A stretch of 64,000 nt of DNA. Source: an uncultured Planctomycetia bacterium (GTDB lineage: Bacteria > Omnitrophota > Gorgyraeia > Gorgyraeales > Gorgyraeaceae). The stretch's first letter is position 1, and every line of letters starts with the position of its first letter. Of the stretch, positions 20,562-30,481 are shown one piece after another. The notes under the pieces are model-generated. The model did not search any database. It worked only from the letters and a program-made list of their open reading frames with translations, and had not been told where the DNA came from. A program made the translations under genes and the position numbers. The stretch lies in contig CAZMID010000003.1 of assembly GCA_964566255.1 (NCBI GenBank), forward strand, positions 5,145-69,144, given 5' to 3'.

Positions 20562-21563
20562 TTAAACATTAAATCTTATATTTATCATGTCTCCATCTTT
20601 AACTATGTACTCTTTTCCTTCTACTTTCAATAAACCTTCCTCGCGTGCCTTATGCATAGAACCACATTTAATAAAATCTTCAACATTTACAACCTCTGCC
20701 CTTATAAAACCTCTTTTCATATCGGAATGCACTTTACCAGCTGCTTCTACTACAGGTAACCCCTTCCTTAAATACCAACCACGCGATTCCTTTTCACCTG
20801 TTGTAAAAAATGTAATAAGATCTAGTTCTTTAGAAATCAATTTTGAAATATCTTCTCTAAAATTATAACCAGGGCCCATTTCTTTTAAGAACTTTTCTTT
20901 CTCAGATGGCTCTAGCTCTAAAAGCTCCAATTCTGTCTTTCCAAAAAACTTAATACATCGTAAATTGTTTGATTTGCAATATTCCTCAAGGGGCTTTATC
21001 TTATCGCTTAACGCACTTGGATCTTGATCCTGAATATTAATTGCTAGAATTAATGGTTTTAAGCTTAAAAGTACTAAACCAGAGATCAATTTTAATTCAT
21101 CTTTATTCAATATTGCCTTGGATAAAAATTTACCTTCCGAAAGAGCACTTTGACATTTTTCTAACGCCTTTGATTCCTGGTCAGAGTCAGATTTTTTCTC
21201 CTTTTCTATTCTGGAGAGTCTAGTCTGTACAACTTCTAAATCTGATATGATAATATCTGTAAGGCATTTTTCAAAATCCTTCTTGGGATCATCGCTAAAA
21301 AACGCCCCTACCACGCATATAAATAGATCTATATCCTGCAATTTAGAAAGATCTTTTTTATTGAAAGATGCGATAGAGCCAATATCTATAAATGTAAACT
21401 CGGGAAACGTTTGTTTCTTAGAAGAAAATATTTTAGAGATCTTTTCTACGCGATAATCTATTGTCTTAAATACACCAATATTGCCTGATGCATTAGTCTG
21501 CAATAATATTTTAAATATAGTGGTCTTTCCACTTTGAGGAGGGCCAATTATACCTATTTTCAT
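20562..21563 (-). CDS. YchF/Obg-like ATPase with DUF933 TGS domain (divergent)
   Basis: GPPQSGKT P-loop; LITFFT, AAGKVHSD..GFIRAEV, EGKEYIVKDGD..RFNV. Confidence 0.85.
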   Translation of the reverse strand: MKIGIIGPPQSGKTTIFKILLQTNASGNIGVFKTIDYRVEKISKIFSSKKQTFPEFTFIDIGSIASFNKKDLSKLQDIDLFICVVGAFFSDDPKKDFEKCLTDIIISDLEVVQTRLSRIEKEKKSDSDQESKALEKCQSALSEGKFLSKAILNKDELKLISGLVLLSLKPLILAINIQDQDPSALSDKIKPLEEYCKSNNLRCIKFFGKTELELLELEPSEKEKFLKEMGPGYNFREDISKLISKELDLITFFTTGEKESRGWYLRKGLPVVEAAGKVHSDMKRGFIRAEVVNVEDFIKCGSMHKAREEGLLKVEGKEYIVKDGDMINIRFNV

Positions 21564-21584
21564 TGATGAGGGTCTAAAATGCAG

Positions 21585-22448
21585 TTACTGCCTTACAACT
21601 ATGTCGTCTATCTCTATATGAAATCCTCTTTTAGTATCCTTTATATCTGCAGCAGCGATCTTATTTCGTATTTGTATTACTTCTACATAACCAACGATAT
21701 TATTTCTCTTGTGAACACTAAAGCTATTCCCTACTTCAATACCGTCTTTTCTTCCTAAGTTTATAACTACAAAATTATGTTTTCTATTTACAGTAACAAC
21801 CTTGCCCCTCAAACCTGAAGACTTATTTATGTATTCAAATGGAGAGGTTGGTGTAAGCTTTGCTAGTCTGCGAGGCCCACTCTCTAAAACAATAGGTGGA
21901 AGTTCTACTTCATCTGGTGCATGATAAGCCTCGGCCCTAACTTCTTTCTGCTTTGTCTCTTTCGTGAAAGCAGCCTTTAATTTATCAAAACTATCCTCAA
22001 GTCCAGATAACTTAGTTTTTAAAAGGCGATTTTCCTTTTTAATATTTTTATATTTTGCTATAAAACCTTTTGAGGTAAGGTGCTTTAATTTATTTTCAAA
22101 AAAGATTTTACCTTTTCTTATCTTGACAAGTTCTCTATTTAGGCCATCCATCTCTCCTAAGACTGTTTCATATTGAAATTTTAGGTCTTTATTCCTTGCC
22201 TCTAAGATAGTCAGCTCTTCTTCAACTGTTTGTACCTTTGTCTTCAAACTTTGATTCTCTCTGACTAAAGCCGTGGCCTTTTTATCAAGTCTATTCATAT
22301 TGGCTACATTTACCTTAAACATAGTATCTAATGTAGTGTAATCAATATAAAGCCTCTCTTTCTCCATAAAAAACCAGAGAGTACTAAAACTACTTAATAA
22401 TACTAATATTACTAATATCAACAATATAAGACGTATGGTCTTATCCAT
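21585..22448 (-). CDS. membrane-anchored coiled-coil protein with C-terminal FlgT-C-like beta domain
   Basis: N-terminal TM, long heptad region, FVVINLGRKDGIEVG. Confidence 0.7.
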   Translation of the reverse strand: MDKTIRLILLILVILVLLSSFSTLWFFMEKERLYIDYTTLDTMFKVNVANMNRLDKKATALVRENQSLKTKVQTVEEELTILEARNKDLKFQYETVLGEMDGLNRELVKIRKGKIFFENKLKHLTSKGFIAKYKNIKKENRLLKTKLSGLEDSFDKLKAAFTKETKQKEVRAEAYHAPDEVELPPIVLESGPRRLAKLTPTSPFEYINKSSGLRGKVVTVNRKHNFVVINLGRKDGIEVGNSFSVHKRNNIVGYVEVIQIRNKIAAADIKDTKRGFHIEIDDIVVRQ

Positions 22449-25400
22449 AATTTTTCCTTGTTAATTTTATTATACCATAGATTTTATTTTTAACAACAAC
22501 TAATAACTGTTTTTGTTTTAAAATTATATTTTTTACATCTTTTAAATCTTCAAATATCAAATAAATACTGGGCACAAGAAAAAGAGTAAATATAGTTGAA
22601 GAGGCCATCCCTCCTATCACAGTAATCGCCAAAGGAGACCATAAATTTGCTGATTCACTTCTATCAAATGCCATTGGCATAAGACCAAGTATCGTCGTAG
22701 AAGTCGTCATAACTATAGGCCTCAAGCGGTCTTGACTAGAGGTTATTATTGATTTTATCATATTGCTGGGACTTTGTTCTCCCACCTTTGTCTTTCTTCG
22801 TAAAAAATTTATCCTATCCACTAAAACGATTGCATTATTAACAACAATACCTGCAAGCATAATAGCACCTATTATTACTCCTCGACTTATTGGCTTACCG
22901 GTAATCTTCAGTGCAAAAATTACTCCTATAACTGCTAGGGGAACTGATATCATTATAATAAATGGTTGTGTATAGGATTCAAAGAGGGAAGCCAATACCA
23001 GATATACTAAAAATATTGTTATCCATAGTACCCCTGTAGGAAATGCCCATAATTCCTTCTCATTCTCAAGATTCCTTTCATAATTCCCTCCTATCCTATA
23101 ATAATAATCCCTTGGAAACTCCATATCTGACAGACTCATCCTAATCTTTTTAACAGCCTTTACAAGAGAATCTTGTGTAACAAGGCTAGATATATGCACA
23201 ACCCTCATCTTGTTCTTGCGGACTATCTCACTGGAGCCTATCTGAGGTGTAAAATTAGCAACTTGTTCTAATAATATTGGATTTCCATCTTTTGAAAAAA
23301 GCGTCAATTTCCTAAGGTCATCCAAACGATCTCTATCTTCTTTCCTCAGGCGCGACACCGTCTCTATCTCCCTGGACTCTGTATGATATAATGTAGCCCT
23401 CAATCCCCTTATTTCAGAATGAAGCGTCTCTGCTATATCTTTTGCTGTCAGACCAAACATAGCTGCTCTTTCTTTATCAACGGTTATGCCCCATTCAGGC
23501 CTTCCGCTGATCCTCGACATCCTTATATCTTCAAAACCTTCCATGATCCCGAGTCTTGTAGCGATTGATACAGCTAATTCCTTTAATATCTCATAATCAT
23601 AACCATAAAGATCTAATACGATTTCCTTTAAACCTTTTTCTTCTATCTCTGAAAAATAAATAAAACCTCCCTTATACTTCTGTTCCACTACCTGAGCCCT
23701 AGCCCGTATATCATCTATAACAGATTTGGTCGTACGCCTTCTATGGGAAAGCGGCATAAGTTTTACATATAGCTTACTGGACCATGGCTCCACACGAGAA
23801 GTAAATGTCTTTATCTCTGAAATATCAGAAAGGAGTATTTCTATTTCTTTTACCATATCATCAGTTACATCAAGTTTTGCACCAGGTTCCAACTCTATAA
23901 ATATGGTAAATCTTCCTTCTTCTGTCCCTGCCATAAATTCACTATCTATCTTGGATCCTAAAAATAACATAAATACCAAAATCACAATTGCTACACCTAA
24001 AAATACATACCTCCACTTCAATGCCATGTTTAAAAAGTATCTATAATACTTCTTTATATTTAAAAAGAGATCTTTCTTAAACATAGACTTTTTGGGTTTT
24101 ATCCTGCTGGTCGGGCTTTTTATGCGATCTGAAATCATAGGCACCAGCATCAAGGCAACAAATAATGAACTGACTAAAGCATATGTTACCGTCAGCCCCA
24201 ATCCGCTCCATAGCATGCGCGTAGCCTTATTCACAAATACAAATGGCAAAAATACTATTATTGTAGTTATGGTAGAAGCAAATATCGCAAGTCCCACTTC
24301 ACTGGAACCACTTACGACCGCCTGCGTAAATTTTGGCCTCCAGCTCGACTCAGAAAAATCGATGCCTTTTTTCTTCTTATCAATATTATCAAGGACTACT
24401 ATAGAATTATCCACTAACATACCTATACCAAGTGCTAATCCACTGAGCGTCATAACATTTATGGATATCTTATAAAAATACATCAGTATAAATGTGGCCA
24501 TGACTGATATGGGAATCGTAACAGCTATTATAGAAGTCACCCTCGGATCCCTTAAAAATAATAAAAGCACCATCACTGCTAAAATGGCCCCATAAAAAAG
24601 TGATTTCTTTACAGCATTTATGGCATCTTTTATTGCATTTGCCTGATTCAATGTAGCCTTTATAAATATATTCTTATCCAATGTCTTCTTTAGGCGAGCA
24701 ATCTCTTCTTCTATGTTAGAGACAACCTGGATAGTATTTGCAGTTGATTCTTTTTGTATGTAAATAGATACTACTGGCTCTATATCCGTCCTTGCATAAT
24801 TAGTAGGCTCTAAAAAAGAATCCCTGACTTTCGCAATCTCTTTAAGTTTAATGATAGAACCATGAGGCGTAGTAGTAACGCCAATATTTTTTATGTCATC
24901 AAGAGATTTAAACTCCCCCATTATCCTTATAAGAAACTTATTTTTTCTGCGTTCAATATCGCCTGCCAATAGATTTAGATTATTCGCGCCAAGTGAATTG
25001 ACCACATGTTCCATGGGGATATGATATTGATATAATTTATTTTTATCTATTTCGACTAAAATCTTACGTTCTCTACCACCATATACATCTACATTAGCCA
25101 CGCCTTCCACTCGTAATATGCTCTCTTTTATCCCCTCATCCACGACCTTCCTTAGTTGTTCAGGTGTGTAGCCCTTGCCTGTAATCGCCAATAAAAGTAT
25201 TGGCAGATCTGTTTCTTTATATTGTGCTATTATTGGTTTTTGGATTTCCTTGGGAAGCTTGTCTCTTATCTTTGAAAATTTCTCTCTTACTTCTAATGCA
25301 GCAAATTCCATGTTAGTGCCTGGTTCAAACTCAAGCCATATCCTGGATTCCCCGGCCTTTGAAGTAGAATATATATTTTCTAAATAACTTACGGTAGAAA

Positions 25401-25614
25401 CTGCCTCCTCTATAGGCCTTGTGACAAGGGTCTCTACTTCCTGTGGTGGCATACCACCTCTTACGGCTACGATTATACTTATATCTCCATACGCTACGTT
25501 AGGTTTTAATTCAACAGGTAATCTCGTTAAAGACACGCTTCCCACAAGCAATATCCCAAGAAACAACATAAATATCGTAACAGGCCTTTTAACTGAAAAT
25601 TCAGATAGGTTCAT
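22441..25614 (-). CDS. RND efflux permease (AcrB/MdtBC-like)
   Basis: SVKRPVT, GMLVDNSIVV, GIVVNNAIVLVD, RLRPIVMT. Confidence 0.95.
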   Translation of the reverse strand: MNLSEFSVKRPVTIFMLFLGILLVGSVSLTRLPVELKPNVAYGDISIIVAVRGGMPPQEVETLVTRPIEEAVSTVSYLENIYSTSKAGESRIWLEFEPGTNMEFAALEVREKFSKIRDKLPKEIQKPIIAQYKETDLPILLLAITGKGYTPEQLRKVVDEGIKESILRVEGVANVDVYGGRERKILVEIDKNKLYQYHIPMEHVVNSLGANNLNLLAGDIERRKNKFLIRIMGEFKSLDDIKNIGVTTTPHGSIIKLKEIAKVRDSFLEPTNYARTDIEPVVSIYIQKESTANTIQVVSNIEEEIARLKKTLDKNIFIKATLNQANAIKDAINAVKKSLFYGAILAVMVLLLFLRDPRVTSIIAVTIPISVMATFILMYFYKISINVMTLSGLALGIGMLVDNSIVVLDNIDKKKKGIDFSESSWRPKFTQAVVSGSSEVGLAIFASTITTIIVFLPFVFVNKATRMLWSGLGLTVTYALVSSLFVALMLVPMISDRIKSPTSRIKPKKSMFKKDLFLNIKKYYRYFLNMALKWRYVFLGVAIVILVFMLFLGSKIDSEFMAGTEEGRFTIFIELEPGAKLDVTDDMVKEIEILLSDISEIKTFTSRVEPWSSKLYVKLMPLSHRRRTTKSVIDDIRARAQVVEQKYKGGFIYFSEIEEKGLKEIVLDLYGYDYEILKELAVSIATRLGIMEGFEDIRMSRISGRPEWGITVDKERAAMFGLTAKDIAETLHSEIRGLRATLYHTESREIETVSRLRKEDRDRLDDLRKLTLFSKDGNPILLEQVANFTPQIGSSEIVRKNKMRVVHISSLVTQDSLVKAVKKIRMSLSDMEFPRDYYYRIGGNYERNLENEKELWAFPTGVLWITIFLVYLVLASLFESYTQPFIIMISVPLAVIGVIFALKITGKPISRGVIIGAIMLAGIVVNNAIVLVDRINFLRRKTKVGEQSPSNMIKSIITSSQDRLRPIVMTTSTTILGLMPMAFDRSESANLWSPLAITVIGGMASSTIFTLFLVPSIYLIFEDLKDVKNIILKQKQLLVVVKNKIYGIIKLTRKNYG

Positions 25615-28600
25615 GTGCTAGAGCCTTCTTTTAATTCATACCACCTGCCAGGACCAAGTGGACCCTTGGCTACAACTAGTCCTCTATCTAATAATTCCTT
25701 TAAGTCCCTTGCTGCCGTTGGAACAGATATATTAAATTTATCCGCATATTCTTTGCGTGTAATCTTTTCTACTTCTTTTAAATACTGCAGGAGTTCTTCA
25801 TGGCGCCTGTTAAATTTTTGTGGTGGTTTTTCTTCTGGTTCAGGCGCAGGTTTTTCTTCTTTTTTAACAGACTCATCAGGAAGCTCTATTTTAGGAGGCG
25901 GAGTTGGTTTTTCTTCTTTTGGTAAAGGAGGTGCTACCTTAGGAGGTGGTAATTTTACTTCGGGCGGAGGCAGTGTAATAATTTTTGGTTTTTCTATAGG
26001 AGCTACTCTAACAGGCTTTTCTTCTTGTATAGGGACCGTTTTCAAAACTGGTTTTACCTTAATAAATCCAGCAACAATAGTATAAATACATGGTATTACA
26101 AAAAGTGTCAATATCGTAGAAACCAACAATCCGCCCATTACTGTTATTGCCATTGGACTTTGAAGCTCTGAACCTTCAGCTATACCTAATGATAAAGGTA
26201 ACAGCCCTAAAACCGTGGTCATGGTAGTCATAAATATAGGCCTAAGCCTGGTCTTACCAGACTCGATAACCGCCTCTATTAATTCAGTCCCCTTCGCCCT
26301 TAATCTGTTTATAGAATCAATAAGAATAATACCATTATTGACAACAATACCTCCTAATATTATAAGTCCGAGCATAACGACTACGCTGATAGGCGTATGA
26401 GTTAAAAATAATGCAAAAAATACCCCTATAAGGGATAGCGGTACTGTAAACATAATAATAAAAGGCTGCCATAAAGATTCGAATTGCGCAGCCATTATCA
26501 TATACACTAGAAGTATTGAAAGTATTAATGCAAACCTTAAAGACTTAAAAGATTCTTGCATCTCTTGACTTTCGCCTGATAAAGATACAGAAAGATCTTT
26601 TTCTATATCTTTAGAGTTGGTAAATTCTCTAATCTTTTCATTTTCTACCCTATCTATAAGCCTATTAATATCTATTATTACCTTATCTAATGCCCTGTCG
26701 GCTATATTTGCTGTTACGAGAACGACCCTCTGCTGATCAAGTCTTTTTATCTCAGTCGGACCAAGGCCTTGCGTTATATAAGCTACTTCTGAAAGTGGTA
26801 CCTCTATATCAAGCGGTGAATGAATTAGTATATTTCTGATCTGGGAAAGTTTTTTTCTGCCCTCTTTTCTTAATCTAACTCTTACATCTATCTCTCTACC
26901 TTCCTCTTTAAATTTAGTAGCCACTACACCTTTTATAGCAGTATGAGCAGCCTGAGCAATTACAGCTGTTGAAAGGTTATAAAGTGCTGATTTATCTTTT
27001 AAGACGTTAACCTTTGTCTCAGGCGAAGGCCTCGCAAGACTTGTACGTACGCCATAGATACCTTTTATATCTGAAAGGTCTTCTTTAATATATTCTGAGA
27101 CCTCCTCAATCTTTTTAAGGTCTTTTCCTTTAATCTCAATAACAATAGGGGCTGAACCTTGAAGTGCGGTTTTAAAAACACTCTCCTGTAAAATATATTC
27201 TATCTCTGCGCCTTCTAAATTCAATCTATCTAACTTAGTCTTTAAGGTCTCTATTACTTTAGAGGTAGCGCCATATCCTCTTCCCTTTTTAAGGCTTACT
27301 ATTATCTGAGACTGATGTGAACCCATTGTCTCAAGCCCTTGCGCATAATCCTTCTTTTTGCTCGAACCTATATTCAGCGCTACGCCCTCAACGTCTTTTG
27401 CATCAAAAAGTATTTTTTCTATTCTTTTTACAATGCCATCTGTTATATCCAATTTTGTACCACTGGGCATATTTACTTTCATAATAAATTCGCGCTGGTC
27501 TACCTTTGGCATAAATTCTCTGTCTATAAACATAAAAAGGCTCATAATTAAAATAAATACTGCGACTACGCCTAATAAAAATATCCATCTATACTTCAAT
27601 ACTTTTTTTATCATCGCTGAATAAATAATTCCTATGCCAGATGTAAAATCCTGCCTATTATTAGAAATAGCATTTATTCCCTTGAGCTTTTTTGATATAC
27701 GAGTAAAAAATTTCTCAGAGATCTTTTGTATACCCTTATGGGAGTGTGTATCTACTGCCGTTAAACGCGGGATTAAGGAAAGGGCTACTATCAGAGAAGC
27801 CATAAGAGAAAATGTCACAGTAAAAGCAAGCTCTCTAAAAAGCTGGCCTGCCACACCTACGACAAATACCATGGGTAAAAATACTGCCACCGTAGTAAGC
27901 GTTGAAGAAAATATAGCGCCTGACATCTCGCTCGCCCCAACCTTTGAAGCCTCTTTAATGTCTTTTTGTTTCTGAAAAAGGCTGTATATATTCTCAATGA
28001 CAACTATTGCGCTATCCACCAGCATACCTATGCCTAAAGCAAGTCCTCCCAAAGAAAGCATATTTAATGTAATACCATTAAAGTACATAAGGCTGAATGC
28101 AACCATTATAGATATAGGCATAGAAAACGCTACGATCAATGAGGCCTTTATGTTCCTTAAAAATAAGAAAAGTACTAAAAATGCAAGTATCCCTCCCTGG
28201 ATAGCTGCCTGCATAACCCCGCGTATTGATTTTTTAATAAAAATAGACTGGTCATATACTATCTTAATATCAATACCTTCAAGCAGATCCTTTTCTATAA
28301 TATCAAGTCTTGAACGCACCTTTTGTGAAACCAGTATAGTATTGACTCCGGCTTGCTTTTGGACTGATATTGAGATATTTTCTTCTCCGTTATATCGGGA
28401 TATACTACTACGCTCTTGAAAGGTATCTTTTATCTCTGCCATATCCTTTAGATATATAAGCCGGTGTGCCTTCTCTGGCCGACTAAATTCCCTTTTGTCT
28501 GGATCAAGTTTTTCTTCAGGTTCGTCTTTGGCCACAACTGTAACACCTATCTCCGAAACTATTTCAAATTCTCCCATGGTCCTAATCAGATATTCATAGA

Positions 28601-29264
28601 AATGCTCTTCTATTGTGCCGGCTGGATAATTTAGATTTGATGACTTTAATGCATCTACTACCTTTGTTATAGAGACATTGGATGCCCGCAGTCTTCCTTC
28701 GTCTACTGCAACAAGAATCTCTCTTTCAAGTCCGCCGCTTATATTACACGATGCAACGCCTTCCACCTTCTCAAGTTCATCCTTTATGAATTTTCTGGAA
28801 AGCCTCAAAAGTTCTGATGGGGATTTATTACCTGTAATACTCAGTGTAATGACAGGTAATTCAAACGGATTGAATTTCATAACTATCGGATCAGCAGAAC
28901 CAAGGGGGAGTCTTTCTTTTATGAGATCTATTTTTTCACGCACCCCGAGTGAGGCAAAATCCATATCAGTACCCCAATTAAATTCAGCAGTAACAATAGA
29001 AACCCCCTCTTTCGAAATAGAGCTTATACGCTTTAATCTACTTACAGTGCCAACTGCTTCTTCTATTATCTTTGTAATGAGGGTCTCTACTTCTTCAGGG
29101 GCAGCATTTTCATATGTAGTAACTATTGTAAGTTGCGGGTATGTAATAGACGGGAAGAGTTCTCTAGGCAAGCGGCTCAGGGATATAAGCCCGAGCATCA
29201 ATACGCCCAGAAAAAACATAGAAGTTGTAACAGGCCGATTTACTGAAAACTCTGGAAGTCTCAT
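25611..29264 (-). CDS. RND efflux permease with C-terminal Pro-rich linker and winged-helix domain
   Basis: SVNRPVT, GMLVDSAIVV, RLRPIFMT; tail ITRKEYADKFNISVPTAARDLKEL. Confidence 0.93.
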   Translation of the reverse strand: MRLPEFSVNRPVTTSMFFLGVLMLGLISLSRLPRELFPSITYPQLTIVTTYENAAPEEVETLITKIIEEAVGTVSRLKRISSISKEGVSIVTAEFNWGTDMDFASLGVREKIDLIKERLPLGSADPIVMKFNPFELPVITLSITGNKSPSELLRLSRKFIKDELEKVEGVASCNISGGLEREILVAVDEGRLRASNVSITKVVDALKSSNLNYPAGTIEEHFYEYLIRTMGEFEIVSEIGVTVVAKDEPEEKLDPDKREFSRPEKAHRLIYLKDMAEIKDTFQERSSISRYNGEENISISVQKQAGVNTILVSQKVRSRLDIIEKDLLEGIDIKIVYDQSIFIKKSIRGVMQAAIQGGILAFLVLFLFLRNIKASLIVAFSMPISIMVAFSLMYFNGITLNMLSLGGLALGIGMLVDSAIVVIENIYSLFQKQKDIKEASKVGASEMSGAIFSSTLTTVAVFLPMVFVVGVAGQLFRELAFTVTFSLMASLIVALSLIPRLTAVDTHSHKGIQKISEKFFTRISKKLKGINAISNNRQDFTSGIGIIYSAMIKKVLKYRWIFLLGVVAVFILIMSLFMFIDREFMPKVDQREFIMKVNMPSGTKLDITDGIVKRIEKILFDAKDVEGVALNIGSSKKKDYAQGLETMGSHQSQIIVSLKKGRGYGATSKVIETLKTKLDRLNLEGAEIEYILQESVFKTALQGSAPIVIEIKGKDLKKIEEVSEYIKEDLSDIKGIYGVRTSLARPSPETKVNVLKDKSALYNLSTAVIAQAAHTAIKGVVATKFKEEGREIDVRVRLRKEGRKKLSQIRNILIHSPLDIEVPLSEVAYITQGLGPTEIKRLDQQRVVLVTANIADRALDKVIIDINRLIDRVENEKIREFTNSKDIEKDLSVSLSGESQEMQESFKSLRFALILSILLVYMIMAAQFESLWQPFIIMFTVPLSLIGVFFALFLTHTPISVVVMLGLIILGGIVVNNGIILIDSINRLRAKGTELIEAVIESGKTRLRPIFMTTMTTVLGLLPLSLGIAEGSELQSPMAITVMGGLLVSTILTLFVIPCIYTIVAGFIKVKPVLKTVPIQEEKPVRVAPIEKPKIITLPPPEVKLPPPKVAPPLPKEEKPTPPPKIELPDESVKKEEKPAPEPEEKPPQKFNRRHEELLQYLKEVEKITRKEYADKFNISVPTAARDLKELLDRGLVVAKGPLGPGRWYELKEGSST

Positions 29265-30481
29265 TCTTCAAATACACTCTCCTGTACCTCTATAACCTCC
29301 ACAGGCATTCCGTCTCTGAGTTCCTGTGGAGTATCTGTCACTACCAATTCTCCTTCATAAAGGCCAGATTCTATGACAGTGTAATCAGTTGTCACATAGG
29401 CTACCTCGACAGGCTTGGCATGGATGGTGTTATTATTATCAACAGTAAAAATTTTATATCCGTCATCATCTTTATCTAAACTTAAGCTCGGTACAACCAC
29501 TGCATTCTCAAATTCAGCAACGGTTATCATGGCCCTTGCAAACATGCCTGGCAAAAGTAATGCATCTGGATTTTCTATGCCAACTCTAACAGTAAGAGTT
29601 CTGGATTTTCCTTCAATAACAGGAAAGACATTGTCTACAACTCCTTCAAAATCAAGATCTGAATAAGCATCTACAGTAACCTTTGTATCTTGTCCAAGCG
29701 CAATCTTATCTATATCCTTTTCAACTATACCGAGCTCTACAAAAACCTTCATGGTATCGTATAATGTCGCAATCTTATCGTGTGGAGTAACAAATTCTCC
29801 CTCTTCTACGTCTCTAGAACCTAAAACTCCGTCTCGTGGGGCATAAAGATCTGTCTTCTCAAGCTCTGATTCTGCTGACTTAAGCTCTACTTCAGCTGAG
29901 ACAACCTGGAGCTCAGCTGACTTAGCCTCTAATTCTACCTCCTCCAGCTTCGTCTTTATAATGCCGCCTATCTTATAAAGATTTTGATGGATTTCTAATT
30001 TCTTTTTTGTTGCAAGGGCCTGCATTTTAGTAGATTCTAATTTACTCTTAGAATACTCCACCTTTAATTCAGCATCCTTTCTGTTTAAAACAGCTATTAA
30101 ATCTCTTTTATAAATAACATCCCCTTCTCTATAATTAATAGTCTCTACCACGCCATTCACTTCAAATTTAAGCTCTATTTCCAAGGCACCTTTGACTGTA
30201 CCCATTACAGGTAGATCATCCTTAAAATCTGTCAATGTTATTCTATAGCACCTGACCGGTATAGCGCTTGAAGCTTGTGATTGAGGCATAGCCTCCATAC
30301 CTTTAGCGGTATCTTTTTCTTTAATTTGTTTTTGGGCTTTTTTAGATTTGGTAAATATATTCGGTATGGATATTTTTTTTAAAGGGGTTTTATTTAATAA
30401 TGTCATACCCCAGAGAACTGCAAATCCTACCACCCATAAAGCTATAAACGCTATTAATATTATCTTTGTCTTTTTTATCAT
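29261..30481 (-). CDS. RND periplasmic adaptor (membrane fusion protein)
   Basis: N-terminal TM; lipoyl halves; LYAPRDG, LLPGMFAR. Confidence 0.92.
   Translation of the reverse strand: MIKKTKIILIAFIALWVVGFAVLWGMTLLNKTPLKKISIPNIFTKSKKAQKQIKEKDTAKGMEAMPQSQASSAIPVRCYRITLTDFKDDLPVMGTVKGALEIELKFEVNGVVETINYREGDVIYKRDLIAVLNRKDAELKVEYSKSKLESTKMQALATKKKLEIHQNLYKIGGIIKTKLEEVELEAKSAELQVVSAEVELKSAESELEKTDLYAPRDGVLGSRDVEEGEFVTPHDKIATLYDTMKVFVELGIVEKDIDKIALGQDTKVTVDAYSDLDFEGVVDNVFPVIEGKSRTLTVRVGIENPDALLLPGMFARAMITVAEFENAVVVPSLSLDKDDDGYKIFTVDNNNTIHAKPVEVAYVTTDYTVIESGLYEGELVVTDTPQELRDGMPVEVIEVQESVFEE

Noticed and set aside
22441-29264. Two adjacent RND genes as a novelty in itself
   Set aside because: Heteromeric RND pairs such as MdtBC are well known; only the HTH and TonB fusions are unusual
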